NCBI RefSeq assembly: GCF_009914755.1
Contig: NC_060935.1
Length of the DNA stretch: 64,000 nt
DNA from: the human T2T-CHM13v2.0 reference genome, Homo sapiens
Reading direction: 5' to 3' (one strand)
A model generated the notes under the pieces. That model saw nothing but the letters and a program-made list of their open reading frames with translations. It made no database searches and was not told the DNA's origin. Each line of letters starts with the position of its first letter. The first letter of the stretch is position 1. The translations under genes and the position numbers were made by a program. Positions 14,621 through 28,742 of the stretch are shown here, piece after piece.

Positions 14621-16402
14621 TTGCTATCTCATAGCATCTGTTTATTTCCATGTCCGCAGCAAAGTGCTGGGCACACAGAAGGACAACGTGATGAAGCGCC
14701 ATCACATGGCTGGTAGCCTGTGGTGAGTCACCGGACTTCTCGACTCCCACCTCACTAGGGTGGAAGGAACAGTAACCACAACGCTCTGCAACTCGGGCTG
14801 CGCCCGCATGATTGGAAACAATCTGTGAAGTGAGTCACATCAGTTGCAAAAACAATTAAGTCAGTGGGAAAAGAAAATCAGTAAAACTGGTTATTTGGCT
14901 TGATGAAAAGAAAGCAGTCCATTGTTTGGTTACATTTTTCACTTCCCAGCTGGTCACTGTGACACTAACTGAGGCTGGGCTTGCCTACACAAATGCTTTC
15001 AACAGTTTTGACCGAGACTATGTCTACACAGCTCTAAAACCATCTGGCAAGTTACTCAGTGGAGTCAAATAATCCATCAACTATTTGCCTCAATAATAAT
15101 TTTAGCCTCATGACCATTTTATGGAGACCCAATAGAAAACTACCATAGACATTTTCAAGAAAGACAAGACTTGGAGGGCACAATCCCACTCCTATTACAT
15201 TCTGTGTCTGGGAACTCAGTGACTTCAGGCAGTTCTAGGTAATATCTGCTAGTGGGAGTGGGAGGCAGACAGGGGTTAGGTGGAGTTCAGAGCTGTGAAA
15301 TGCAGAGATGATTCCCCCAAGTCATGCTGACTGAACGCTTTGCTTTCATCCTAGATTGTGGAGTGAACAACCCCGAAGAAATAGACTTCTAATTCTAGCC
15401 TTTTGGAGATTATTAACCCAACTCCCAGATTCTACAGATGAGAAAAGGGAGGCCCAGGGAGGTGGAGAAACATGTGTAGGATCACAGAGGTGAAAAATGA
15501 GTGTTTGCTTGGCTAAGTTCAACTGTACCTACTTGTCTCCAGAGACTGCTCAGGAACTAGAACACCCTGATACAACACAGGCACTTGTGATGGAGATATT
15601 CCATCAAAAGTGGAATAGGGCATGAAGGAGAATTATCTCCTAAAAGCTGGGAAGTTTCTCCTAATCCTTTTTAGGGTGTCTTCCCTGTATCCCAAATGCT
15701 CTTCAACTGCCCAGGGCTCACGTCAGTCTCCAAAGAACAGTGTCCCAAGTAGAGGGGAATGTGTATGATGCCACGTTGGCTGAAGTGTGCTCTAATTGCA
15801 CAGATATTCCCATAAATGCTATTTTATTAAGCTGAGCTACACTAAATCTGTCATATCCATAAGTAACACCACAGCGAATCTGTAGGTAAGTTCAGAACAC
15901 TGCAGTGAGCCATGCTGGGCTATTAGTTTCAATTCAACGCTGTTACCTGTAAGTTACAGCATCTCGGGGGCACAACTTAGGCACCGAGTTTATAAGATTT
16001 GGTTCCTTACAGATGCCTTCAGCTCTCCAAAACAACAGAAATGATCAAAGATGGAGGCAAGAAGACCAGAGAACCCTAAATGTTTACTGTCTCCAGTGTG
16101 TTTGGAAACAGCTTGGACCAGTGTAGAGTGCTGGAACAGAGAGTCAAGAGCATCAGGTTCGATTCCCACCCTTACAAACTGCTCAGCCTATGGAAATTAC
16201 TTTATGTTTCAGGCCTCACTCTTGCCATCTTTAAAATGGCGACACATGTACACACCCCTCCACAGTAAATACAGAGGTCCTGCAAGCCAGGATGTTAAGT
16301 ACTTAGGATGAAAATGATGACGATTAAGTCTATTCTATCACTTGATCTGATTCTCTCTGACTAGTCTGCAGGGGGTAATAACATGGCCTGCAGATGATCC
16401 AT

Positions 16403-16830
16403 AATCCACCATCTTCTGGTGAAAAGAGAGGAAAGGGGGTTAATGTGTGCATGTACATATATATATACACACACACACACACACATATATATACACACAC
16501 ACACAATTGTATACACATTAACATTAATGTGTATATAATGTATATACATTTTATATACGTATCAGTGTTAATATATAAAATGTATATATACATTTTATGT
16601 ATATAATGTATATACCTAACATATACATATACATCTATATATAATTTATATATATTATATATATACACACACATTAACCCCCTTTCCTCTTTTGCCACCA
16701 GAAGATGGTGGATTTTATATATATATGTGTGTGTGTGTGTATGTATACATTATATATATGCATTATACAATATATAATGTCTCTATGTACATATAATGTG
16801 TGTATATATATGTATTATATATAATGTGTG
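16403..16830. repeat. TA/CA-rich low-complexity tract containing a 47-bp inverted duplication (arms 16403-16449 and 16668-16714)
   Basis: The arms are reverse complements at 44/47 positions, read directly from the sequence. Confidence 0.92.
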
Positions 16831-18269
16831 TGTCTGCCCCCAAAGAAATTTAAAATAAGTTGATATCTAAACACATTGTTGATGAACAAGGGCGACTAAT
16901 TATCTACTTGCGGTAGAGAAGTCAGACTATTGCAAATGTCTTAGCACTTCATAGTATATTAGGAAATTTCTAGAGCGAGCTGGCAATGTTTAAATCAGAT
17001 TCAGTCCCACATATTGCACTCCAAAATTGAACACGGGCTACCATGTCTGGGACAAAGCTGAGAGCATTCAGAGGAGGCTGCCTCTGAAGGGACAAAATTG
17101 GAATGCATTTGCTTTAACACACAGGCTTTAATTAGTTGTTACTCATTAGAGGAAATTACATTTCATAGCTTCTAAGAAATAAGGCAAACTTTTTCAAAAT
17201 TTGATTCCATATCCAGGAGAATCTCTCTCCACAGCTTTTTCATTGAATCATTGTAAAGTCTTCTCTTGCTTTTGTTTGTTTATTAACTTGAGAGGAAAAC
17301 TGAGTTTGGAAAAGGATGTTGGAGGGACGCAAGTCACAAGAAAGGTTTTCTAGACCCAGGGAAAATATGCTTGAAGAAAAATGTCTCCAACTGGGGTCAG
17401 CAGACATTAAATTACAGACATGTGCATGATTTGTCCAGATCGGTTAGAGCATGTTTCTTTGCAGCAATAAAAAACAAGAGACATTAACAAGCCAATTATG
17501 TTACATGGAATTAAGTAGCATTCAAACGATGAAAGAGAAAATTAAGGAGCTAACCTTCCACTGCCCAGGCAGTTTGCACGGTCAGTAAAAATGCAAGGCT
17601 TCATTTCCACCATCCATGCCTTCAATAGGAGAAGTAACTCTGGTGGCCCATGACCATCATATGCCCTTGGTCAGCTGTCCTGTCAGGACCTACCTGATGG
17701 CCTTGGGTGACTTAAATGGCCAGCTAAATGCAATATGTTTTGACTGTGAATCTTGCCTCTCATGGCGGTTCCCTGTCACCTCCCTGATGCAGGCAATGCC
17801 ATATATCACTGCTTTTCTGCAGGCGCGCCACCCAGATAGCATCTGAAAGATTGTAAACAGGATGATTCACAAACTGGTGGCAGCAGCTAAAAGCAGTGCA
17901 GTTCGCGACCCTCAGCACACGCCAAGATTCTAAATGGGATGTTGCGACAACAAAGCAGCCTGAAGATTCTAAAACATAATGGTGTCACCAGGACATTCAC
18001 AGGGTGCTGTAACCTGTAACTGACAAGCATACTCATCATCATTTCTCCTTGGGCATGCTGCATCCTTGCGCTCCACTGGGCCTCCTGTTGCATTGCTATT
18101 TATTTGCATCTACAAGCAGGGGAGCAAGTATGCTGCGGAAATAGCCCCAGAGAGGTGTCTGATTCCCATAGGCCCTTGCAGCCAGCTACAACTGAATGAT
18201 TTCCGATATCAGTTACTGAAAATTCTGACCATGATATGCAGACCATGGCAGATCTTAATGACAATAACA

Positions 18270-19950
18270 TCATCTCACATTTTGATGGCGTTTAACAGTT
18301 TACAAAGTGCTTTCACATACATTATCACATTTAATCCCAGTGAGGTCGATAGTCTTCTTCTCCATTTTATTGGCAGCTTGGTGTAGTGGAAAGAGCTGTG
18401 GAATCAGACAGACTTAAGTTCAGATTCTGCCTCTGACTACCAAACCATGGACAATTTGCTTCATTTCTCTCCCTTTTCTTACCTATAGGATGAGGAATCA
18501 TTTCTATTTCCGAGGTTTGTGGTGAAAATTAAATAACATATGTAAAGACATACAATATAGGGCCCGATGCATAGAAGTACTCGATAACCATTAGTTTCTG
18601 TCCACTTACAGAGGAAGAAAATGAAGCTTAAGAGGTTAAGGGAGTTGCTCAAAGTAATAGCTAGTAAATGGCAGAACTGAGACTTCATTTATTTTACAAA
18701 TATTATTGAACACCTACTATATGCTGGTGCCTTGGGCATAGGAAAGTGGATGAGTCATAATTCTAGTTTTTGAGATGTTCACAGTAGAGCGGTGGAATCT
18801 GAAATGCAAATAATCAATTATAATCGAGCGTAATCTGAGAGGCAAAAAGTACTTAGGGAATATCCTAAAGCCATGGGTGCACCCTAGAGTATCTACACAA
18901 GAGATAAGTCTGAGGAAGAGGAACCTTCCAGGAGGCAGCAGTAGAGTTACACCTGAAATAAAATGTTGGCAGGTGGATGAGGGTGAGCAAGGAGAGGAGC
19001 ATTCAGGCGAAGACAACAGTGTGTGCATTCATCAGGAGGGTCAAAGGAGCCTGGCATGTCCACTGCAGCACAGAAGAGAACCTGAGCAGACAGGAGAGAG
19101 AAGGGAGAGGAGGAGGCAAGGAAGCAGGAGTGAGAAGAATGAAGGGGCTTGCAGGTAATGCTGAGAAGCGTGCATCTTTGTCAGTCCACACTGGCACAAA
19201 CTCTGTGATGATTTACAGAGAGAGCCAACCTGGTCAGATTTGCATTTTTGAAATTGTGGCAGCAATGTGAAAGATTGACTAGAGGAGGGGATAATGGAGG
19301 CAGTAGTTCAATGAGAGATAATTAGGCTATGAACTAAGAAAGTGGCAGAGCAGACAATTTCAAGCGGTATAGCAGAGGCAGAATTGACAGGATGTGGCCA
19401 TTAACTGGATGTCAAGACAGGAGAGACAGAGAGAACTCTAGGAGGACTCCCAGGCTATGAGCTTTGGTGGCTGGGCGAACGAAGATGTCCCCCACTGACG
19501 TAGAAGGAGAGGACATTTGAAGAGATGATAATAAATTCATGTGGACATGTTGACTCTGAGAGACTCATGGATATCAAGAAGGAGGTGTTCAGTAGACAGC
19601 TAAAAATATGAGTCTGGAGTTTGGGAGAGGACTCACAATTAGATGCATTGATCTAGGGATCAATGGTTTTTAGACAATGGTTGAAGCTGTTTTTTTATGC
19701 CAAGAGGATAGAGCAAGAAGAAAAGTGGGTCCTGGAGAACTCTAGGGAATATCAATGTTTAGGTGCTAGAATGAGGATTGTTGGAGAGATGGAACTACCA
19801 GGAGAAAGGGAGAGCTCAGAGGCCAGGGAAGGCAAGCATTTTTTGATGATGAAAGTAGAGGAAAGTATCAAATTCCACCAAAGGATCAAAGAAGATGAGA
19901 ACTGAGATATGCCTGGCATTTGGGCAATGATAAGATCACTTTGGCAACTT
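18270..19950. mobile_element. Nested MIR copies (~18270-18690) followed by an L2 relic (~18690-19950)
   Basis: MIR cores (GGAAGAAAATGAAGCTTAAGAGGTTAAGGGAGTTGCTCAAAGTAATAGCTAGTAAATGGCAGA). L2 3' end TTTACAAATATTATTGAACACCTACTAT and the L2 motif GGACATGTTGACTCTGAG. Confidence 0.7.
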
Positions 19951-20020
19951 CAGTTTTAGACAAAGTGGTTAAAAAAGAGGCTTTTTTTTTTCTATGACCC
20001 AATATAAGAAAAATATTTTA

Positions 20021-20463
<443 letters not shown>

Positions 20464-20539
20464 TTACATTGTGACCTGAGAAAAACTTTCAAGAAACAAT
20501 ACTTACACTCTGACATGTCATGACGTGTCACACGCCACC

Positions 20540-20650
20540 TGTTCTGTTCTATTCTATTCTATTCTATTCTATTCTATTCTATTCTATTCTATTCTATTCT
20601 ATTCTATTGCATTCTATTGCATTCTGTTCCATTCCATCCCATTCTATTCA
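20540..20650. repeat. (TATTC)n pentanucleotide repeat, lying in a probable hAT-Charlie relic (~19960-20722)
   Basis: Tandem ATTCT units. The downstream CTAAATTGATTTTATGACC...CTGCAGTTTGAAAAAACAG resembles a Charlie-type terminus. Confidence 0.8.
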
Positions 20651-22992
20651 AATGCTGCTTGGCCCTCACTAAATTGATTTTATGACCAACTAGTGAGTTT
20701 CAACCTGCAGTTTGAAAAAACAGTAGTTTAGACAAATACAGTTTTCTCACACAAAAATTATATGGAGCAAAGTGTGGGATAGAAGAAAGAACATTGGATT
20801 TTGAGTGAAGACACCTGATTTTCAGCATGACTCATTTACTTACTGACTGTGTGACCTTAGATGTGCCCATTAACCTTTGTGTGTCTCTTCTATTACCTGT
20901 AAAATTCAGATAATAGATCAGCTGCAAAGGGATCTTCTGGGGATCAAATGAGATAAAATGCATGAATGCAAAAAGCATAAGCCTAAAATAGTCCTGGTCA
21001 AAGTAAAATTACCATAATCAAAGAAAGAGCAGAATGGTGCATGGTGTATCCCAGTTGGCTCTGGGTCTGTCATCTGAATCCTAGAGCCACATCTCTCCAG
21101 AACATACTGAGAACCAGAAATGGGATCAAAATAATTTAACCAATCAAAACAGGTGTTGCTGCTATATTTATAAAATTCACAAAATTTACTGACACAGAAG
21201 CCCGTGTGAAATCCCATCAGAATCATTGTAGTCTTGTTCTAATACTATTGTAGCCATGTTGATTTTCTGATCTATATCTATGGACCTGTATCAGAAGGAC
21301 ATTCAATAAAATCCTATTGGAAGAGGAGCTGATAGAGGCAAGTATTTTCGCTACAGTGTGACATGACAGCAAACAGACTGCAGGGAAACAGCAAGATGAA
21401 ATCATTTAATATAGGCAATATGTAAACTTCAGCAGACCCTGGTGATATCACTGTATTAAGGTATAATACAATAACTGATTTTTATGGTTCATTCAACAAA
21501 CTACTGTGTTTGAGTACTCAATATATGTACTAATCTAGGTGCAAGGAAGACACAGATAAACTGGGGATGTTTCCTAACCCTAAAAAGTGAGCACACAGAT
21601 GAGTGAGACAGACACATACACAGATAATTTCCACTAACATGGTACAGTGAAGAAAAATATGCATCTGAGCATGATATGATATTAATATGTCATGAGAGAA
21701 AAGAAGAAGAGCAGCTAGCCCAAAGTGGAAGTGGAATTCAGGTAATGCTTCTTGAAGGTCATTTGCCCAAGATGAGTCTTGATGAAGATAAAGAAAGATG
21801 GGGAAACAATTCAGAATGATGGAATAGCCTGAGAAAGGCATGAAAGTATGAAACCTTGCATAGTGTAGATAATATTTCTAGATCATAAAAAAGACAAGTA
21901 CAGGCTATACTTAAGAGGTAGGTATGGTCCTCAATACTGAGAGTCTTCTATACCAGGTTAAGATGTGTAGAGGACATCACATTGACCAGAGGAAGCCACT
22001 AATAGGGATTGATTACTCTGGAAGCCTTATGGAGGAGGAATTTAAAAATGGATTAGGCACGTAAGTTAGGGAACAATTGCAGTGGTTCAGGAGAGACATA
22101 TTGAGGGTATGAAGGAGAGAAGCAGTAATATGGATGAAGAAGAGGGGTTATATTTGAAAAATATTTTTGATACTATATTTAGATGTGAAGGCTGAGGCCA
22201 GGTAATAAATGCTCCACTTCAGGGACAAAAACATGACCTAGACTCCCCAATAGTATTCACTTTCTTGAGTTCATGATTGAGTCTAGAGAAATTAATACAT
22301 CTCTACAAGGCATTATAGTATGAGGTAGAAGATGCTAAGTGTTGAAAGAAAGGCACAGACATATGGTTATGGGAGTTAGAGGAAAGAGGCATAAATTCCA
22401 ACTGAGAGTTTTAGGGAAGTCTTCCTGGAAGAAGAGGCATGCAAGGCAGATCTTGAAAGATGGTTAAGATTTTGCCATGAGTTGATGAGAAGAAAGTGCA
22501 TTTCTGATAAAGGAATAATCTGAGAAGACATAGGATGAAAGATGGTGTCATTTTGAGCTAAAAACACAGGCTCTGGAGTCACACAAAGTTGGGACCAAAC
22601 TTTGGCTCTGTCACATTCTAATCACAAAATTGGGGATAATTTAATTGACACTTCAGAGCCTCGGCTCCTCATTTGTACGACAGTTATGACTATCATTTAT
22701 CTTATGGGATTATTGTGAGGATTTTTTCCTATTAAACTTGATTTATTGATTACAATGAAATTGACTTACCTCCGAGTTTTATACTTTCATGTGTTTTTGT
22801 ATCACTAATTTTTTATTCAGCTTGGAGCATTCTCTTTAGCATTTCTTGTAAGACAGGTCTAATGGTGATGAACTCCCACAGCTTTTGTTTGTCTGAAAAA
22901 GTCCTTATCTCTCCTTCATTTCTGAATGACTACCTTGCCAGATATAGTATTCTTTGTTGGCTGTTGTTGTTGTTGTTTACCTTTAGTACTTT

Positions 22993-23950
<958 letters not shown>

Positions 23951-24137
23951 CCTTTAGTACTTTGAATATATCATCTCACTTTCTCCTGGTCTGCAGTTTC
24001 TGCTCAGAAATTCACAGATAGTCTTATGAGCGTTCTCTTGTATGTAATTTTTGTTTTCCTCTTGCTTCTTTCAAAATTCTCTTTTGTTTTTGACTTTTGG
24101 GAGTTTGGTTATGTGACTTGGTGAAAATCTATTTACA

Positions 24138-24608
24138 TATTTATTTATTTATTTATTTGCTGCCTGGTCAGTAAGTTTATTGTATTTATCTGAAAAATCC
24201 TCATAGAAAATTACTTGACTTAGCTCTCAGCAGCCCACTCCTGGGCTCTGAGGAAGCCTGCCTTGTTTTGAGGTCCCTGATTTTTCTTCTGGGCAAGAGA
24301 CATTTTGGGATGGTTCCACCTCTTCTTTTTAGCCTATTTATTGGGCTTCTTCTCATAAACTGGGTTCTTTTACATAGCAGCAAGAGCTTTCTTATACAAC
24401 TCCTCCATCAGGTCTGGGGTTATGTTGTTCTTTATGTATTGAGAGAACTGTTTCTTATAAGCAGCTTTGTCATCTTTCATTAGGTAACACATGTAATCTG
24501 CAGCATTCTAACCAGTGATATTCTTCTGATGTATGTCAGCATTAAATTCCTTGCTTTCAGAATCATAACCAGGGAATCATTTGGTACTGTGAGGGATAGA
24601 CAAGCCTC
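24138..24608 (-). pseudogene. RPL5P: 5'-truncated processed pseudogene of ribosomal protein L5 (RPL5/uL18)
   Basis: My minus-strand translation (a frame not in the ORF track) reads [103 protein letters not shown]...[11 protein letters not shown], i.e. the RPL5 C-terminal part. It is followed by a short 3'UTR with AATAAA and an (AAAT)n tail at ~24138-24158. Confidence 0.95.
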
Positions 24609-26949
24609 ACATGAATACTCATCATGCATATATTTGTTCACATGATGGTGTCCTAAAATTTCTGTAGGCTATCTTTACTCTTTTTCTTTTTCTTTTCCAT
24701 TTTGTTCCTCTGGGCAATTTCAAATGACTTGTCTTTGAGCTCACTGATTCTTTCTTCTGTTTGATCAAATCTGTGGTTGAAGCTCTCTATAAAATTTTTC
24801 AGATCGGTCATTGGATTCTGCAGCTCCAGAATTTGTCTTTGATCCTTTTTCATGGTTTGTACCCTTCGTTGAACCTCTCATTTAGTTTGTATATTGTTTT
24901 CCTGATTTTGTTTCTGAATTCTCTTATAGCTCATGGGGCTTCTTTAAGACTCTTATTTTGAATTCTTTGTCAGGAAGTCTATAAATCTCCATTCTTTAGA
25001 GTCAGTTACTGGTGCTTTATTTTGTTTCTTTGGTGGTGTCATGTTTACCCAATTGTTCATGATATTTGTGGCTATGCAGTGGTGTTTGCACATTTGAGAA
25101 TGTAGGCACTTATTCCAGTCTTTAGAAACTGATGTCATCAGGAAAAGACCTTCACAAGTCAGCTCATCCAGAGATTCTAGGCAAGCCATCTGACACGATT
25201 TGTAGGTGAGCTTGCTGCTAGAGGCTTAGGCAGGCTGGTCTGATGCCTGAGTGAGCAGATGGGCAGGTCTGGTGCCTGAATCCATGGCGACGAGCCTGGA
25301 ACTTAGATCCACCAGGGCAGCCCTAGAGTTTGGGTCTGCTTGGGGGTGGGCCTGGAGCCTGGGTCATTGGCCTGAAGCCTGGGTCCATAAGGGTGGGCCT
25401 AACACCTGTATCCACAGGAGCCAATTTGAAGCTTAGGTCCACAGGAGCTGATGTGATGCTGGGGCAGGCTTTGAACCTGAGTCTGCCACGGCCGACCAGG
25501 AGCTGGGATGGACCTGAACCCTGAGCCCGTGGGGATAAGTCTGAAGCCCGAATCTGTGAGTGCCAACCTGATCCTGGGACACAGTGGGCTTGAGTCAATA
25601 GGGGCCAGCCTGGACCTGAGGAGGTCCTGGAAGCCAGGCCTGTGGGCCCTGACCTGGAGTATTGGTCTGTGGGGGCTGACCTGGGTGCTGGGGATGTAAA
25701 CCTTGGGCCACTAGGGTCAGCCTGACAGTGGGGCAGACCTGAAGTTTGAGGCAGGTCTGGAGCCTGAGTCTTTGGGGGCTGGCCCAGCACTGGGGTAAAC
25801 CTGAAGGCTGAGTCTATGAGAGCTGGTCCACAGCCTGGGGCTGCTGGGGCTGGCCTGGCATAAAAGTAGGCCTAGAGGCTTGGTCTGTGGTGCTGGCCTG
25901 TAATCTAGAGCCACGGAAACCTGTTTCATGCTTGGTTTGACTGGGGTGAGCCCAGTATTGGGATCTGAGCCAAAGTCATGTGCTTGCTTCACTCTCCTTC
26001 CCCAAGCAGAGAGCATCTCTCTGTGCTGCCTGAAGTTGGAGATGGAGTTGATGCAGGTAATGTGAAACTATCCTTCCTGCCCTCTCAAGTGTGTCTTTTA
26101 AAAATCTCTGTGCTGCACCCAGGTGCTGCAATCTCTCACCTGCTTTCCTTCGCTCTGTGAAGGTATCATGCATGTATAGCTATTCAAACTAGACCAGTTT
26201 CTAAAGACTGTTTCTGTGAGAGGATGAGCACCAGAAAGTCCTATTCCACCATCTTGCTGATGTCACTCCTGTTGCAAGTATTTAATGAAGTAATGTATAT
26301 AACTGTGTTTGGCTCAAAGTAAGCAATCAATACCTGTTAGCTGTTATTCAATTATGATGATGAAGTAACAGGGAGGGGAGATTAGGTCAGGAATTGTCAT
26401 GGAAGGGAGAATGCATATAATGCAGAACCAAATAGAGAGAGTGAAGGTGGACCAGAGAGTCTCTCAAGGCTTAGGGCTAGGGTAAGAAACTTGAACTTTA
26501 TGGAGTTGGTGATAGGAAGCCGCTGAGGACTTATGCATGGGATTGAGGAGTTGAGCTGTGTTGACTAAGATTAATCAGCAGCCATATTAAAGATGCTTTA
26601 GAGTAATGAGGGACTAAAAGCATGAAGACTATTTATAAAATTATCATAAGACTTCTTCCTTTGCCCATTGGCTGATGAAAAAAAATAAAGAAAAAATTAT
26701 CATAAGACCTCAGATGAGAGGCAATGAAGGTCTGAATTGGTGTAGGGTTAGTAAGAAGGGAGCGGAAATCTTAAACATGTGGGAAGTTGTTACAGTGAAA
26801 TAAGGGGAGCTATCAAAGATACCTAAGTTTGCAATTATGATTACTAGAATGAGAATTCATAAATATTAACAATATAGTAGCACATATTAAGAAGACTAGA
26901 GGAGAAGTGGGTCAAGAAAGGAGTTACAGGAGTCAGGAAATAGAGCAAA

Positions 26950-27425
26950 ATGGTGGTTTCAGAGACTGTCAATTGTCCCAATATTCATTCCCTTCTATGT
27001 TGTATAGTTGGCCACCCAGCTAGAGACTTTATTTTTCAGGCTCCCTTGTAACTGGGTATTGCTATGTGATTAAGTTTTCATCAATGAGATGTGAACAGAG
27101 TGATGTGTACCACTTCTAGGTTGTTTCCTTAAAAAAAAAAAAGGAGGGGGGAGGCTACTTGTTTTTCATTCTTCTTTCCAGTTCCTGAAGGTCTGTACAG
27201 GAAAGTGGCATGCAGGATTCAGATTCCACCACGCAGGCAAAGGCAACATCCAAAGCAGTGGTATTGGGATAGCATGGACCCTAGCAGAGCTATTCCCACT
27301 CCCATAGCCCTCAGACCTCTACCAGCTCAGATTTTCACACAAGAGAGAAATAAACCTTGTGTATTGTTGAGACCATGTTATTTCGGCTTACGTTAAAGCA
27401 GCTGTAACAGTACGCTAACTAATAG
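26950..27425 (+). mobile_element. Old MLT1-type LTR
   Basis: CCCAGCTAGAGACTTTATTTTTCAGGCTCCCTTGTAACTGGG...GAGAGAAATAAACCTTGTGTATTGTTGAGACCATGTTATTT. Confidence 0.6.
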
Positions 27426-28039
27426 AGAGATGATGCATTTATGGCATAGCAGAATGTGGAGGTGGCCAGGAGAGAGTTTGGATAGAGGCACTATAGCCAT
27501 AGAGATAGGCTGAGGTGGAGATGTCCATCTAAGAGTCATCTGGATGATAATGATGATTTAAACCATCTAATGAATGAGATTGCTAAGGGAAACACTGGTG
27601 AGAAAGGAGAAGGATTGCTAAGGCAAACATTGGTGCGAGAGGACCACAGAGAACCCAGACAGTGCATATGGTAGGTGGAGGGAGGAAGAAAAGGAACAGA
27701 GATCGAGATGGAAACAGAGATAGATATGGATAGGCAGTAAGTTACGAAGGAAGACAAGAAAGCAGAGGAGACTAATGAATGGCAGGGGCAGTAGGGGGAG
27801 TTTTTTTCCATGAGAAAGATTGGCCAACAATGTCAAATTCTGCAGAGAGATCACAGAGGATCAGAACTGAGAAAAGGTCACAGAGTTTGGGGAATTTGAG
27901 TTTACTTATGGCAGGCGGTGATCTAGAACAAGTCAAATTATGTTCAAAATAATCTGCTTTAAAAGACAGGACATTTTATAGTAAAATTTACAGATCAATC
28001 TAAAATTAATTTTTTAAAAGTAGAGGGCAAATAATATAT

Positions 28040-28742
28040 GTGTCTATCTTCCCCTCATGCAGTAGAGCTCAATCCTGCCTTCCTTTCTACTCCCCACCCA
28101 ATATAAGTTGGAGTTAGTGACTGGCTTCCACAGGAAAGAACACAGAAAGGGCAAAAAAACAGTGACTTTACAGTTTAGAAACTTGATAAACACTATCTAC
28201 TTCAACCAAGTGATGAAGGTCAACAGCAGCAGTGGTAAGTCACATGGATATAATGCACCCCCTGATATGATGTGATGAGAAGGGCAATTCAGCCCGGTGG
28301 TAGGCTTTCTCCAAGCCCATAACCCCAGTTTAAACAGGAGAAAAACATCAGACATACTCAAATTGAAGGACATTCCACAACATAACTGACCAGTATCCTT
28401 CAAAACTGCCAAGGTCATGAAAAACAAGGAAAGACAGAGAACCTGTCACAGACCAGCGACTAAGGAGACATGATGACTAGGTGCCACGGGGCACCCTAGA
28501 TGGGATCCTTAAACAGAAAAAAAAATGATCAATAATGGAAAAACTGATGCAATTCAAATAAAATCTGGAGTTGACAGTATTGTGCCAATGTTAATTTTTA
28601 GTTTTGACAAATATTTCATGGGTATGTAAGATGTTAACAAAGAGCAAACTGGATGAAAGATATACTCTCTCTACTTACTATCTTTGTAACTTTTATGGAA
28701 ATCTAAAATGATTGCAAGATGGAAAGTGTATTTTTTAAAAAG
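28040..28742 (+). mobile_element. L1MC-type 3'UTR fragment
   Basis: AAAACATCAGACATACTCAAATTGAAGGACATTCCACAACATAACTGACCAGTATCCTTCAAAACTGCCAAGGTCATGAAAAACAAGGAAAGAC. Confidence 0.7.

Noticed and set aside
24201-24383. 60-aa basic ORF as an independent small gene
   Set aside because: It is an off-frame reading of the RPL5 pseudogene.
25200-25960. Degenerate GC-rich tandem units resembling an array
   Set aside because: Consistent with the repetitive 5' region of the old L1M host. There are no constant repeats with unique spacers, and CRISPR does not apply to this eukaryotic DNA.
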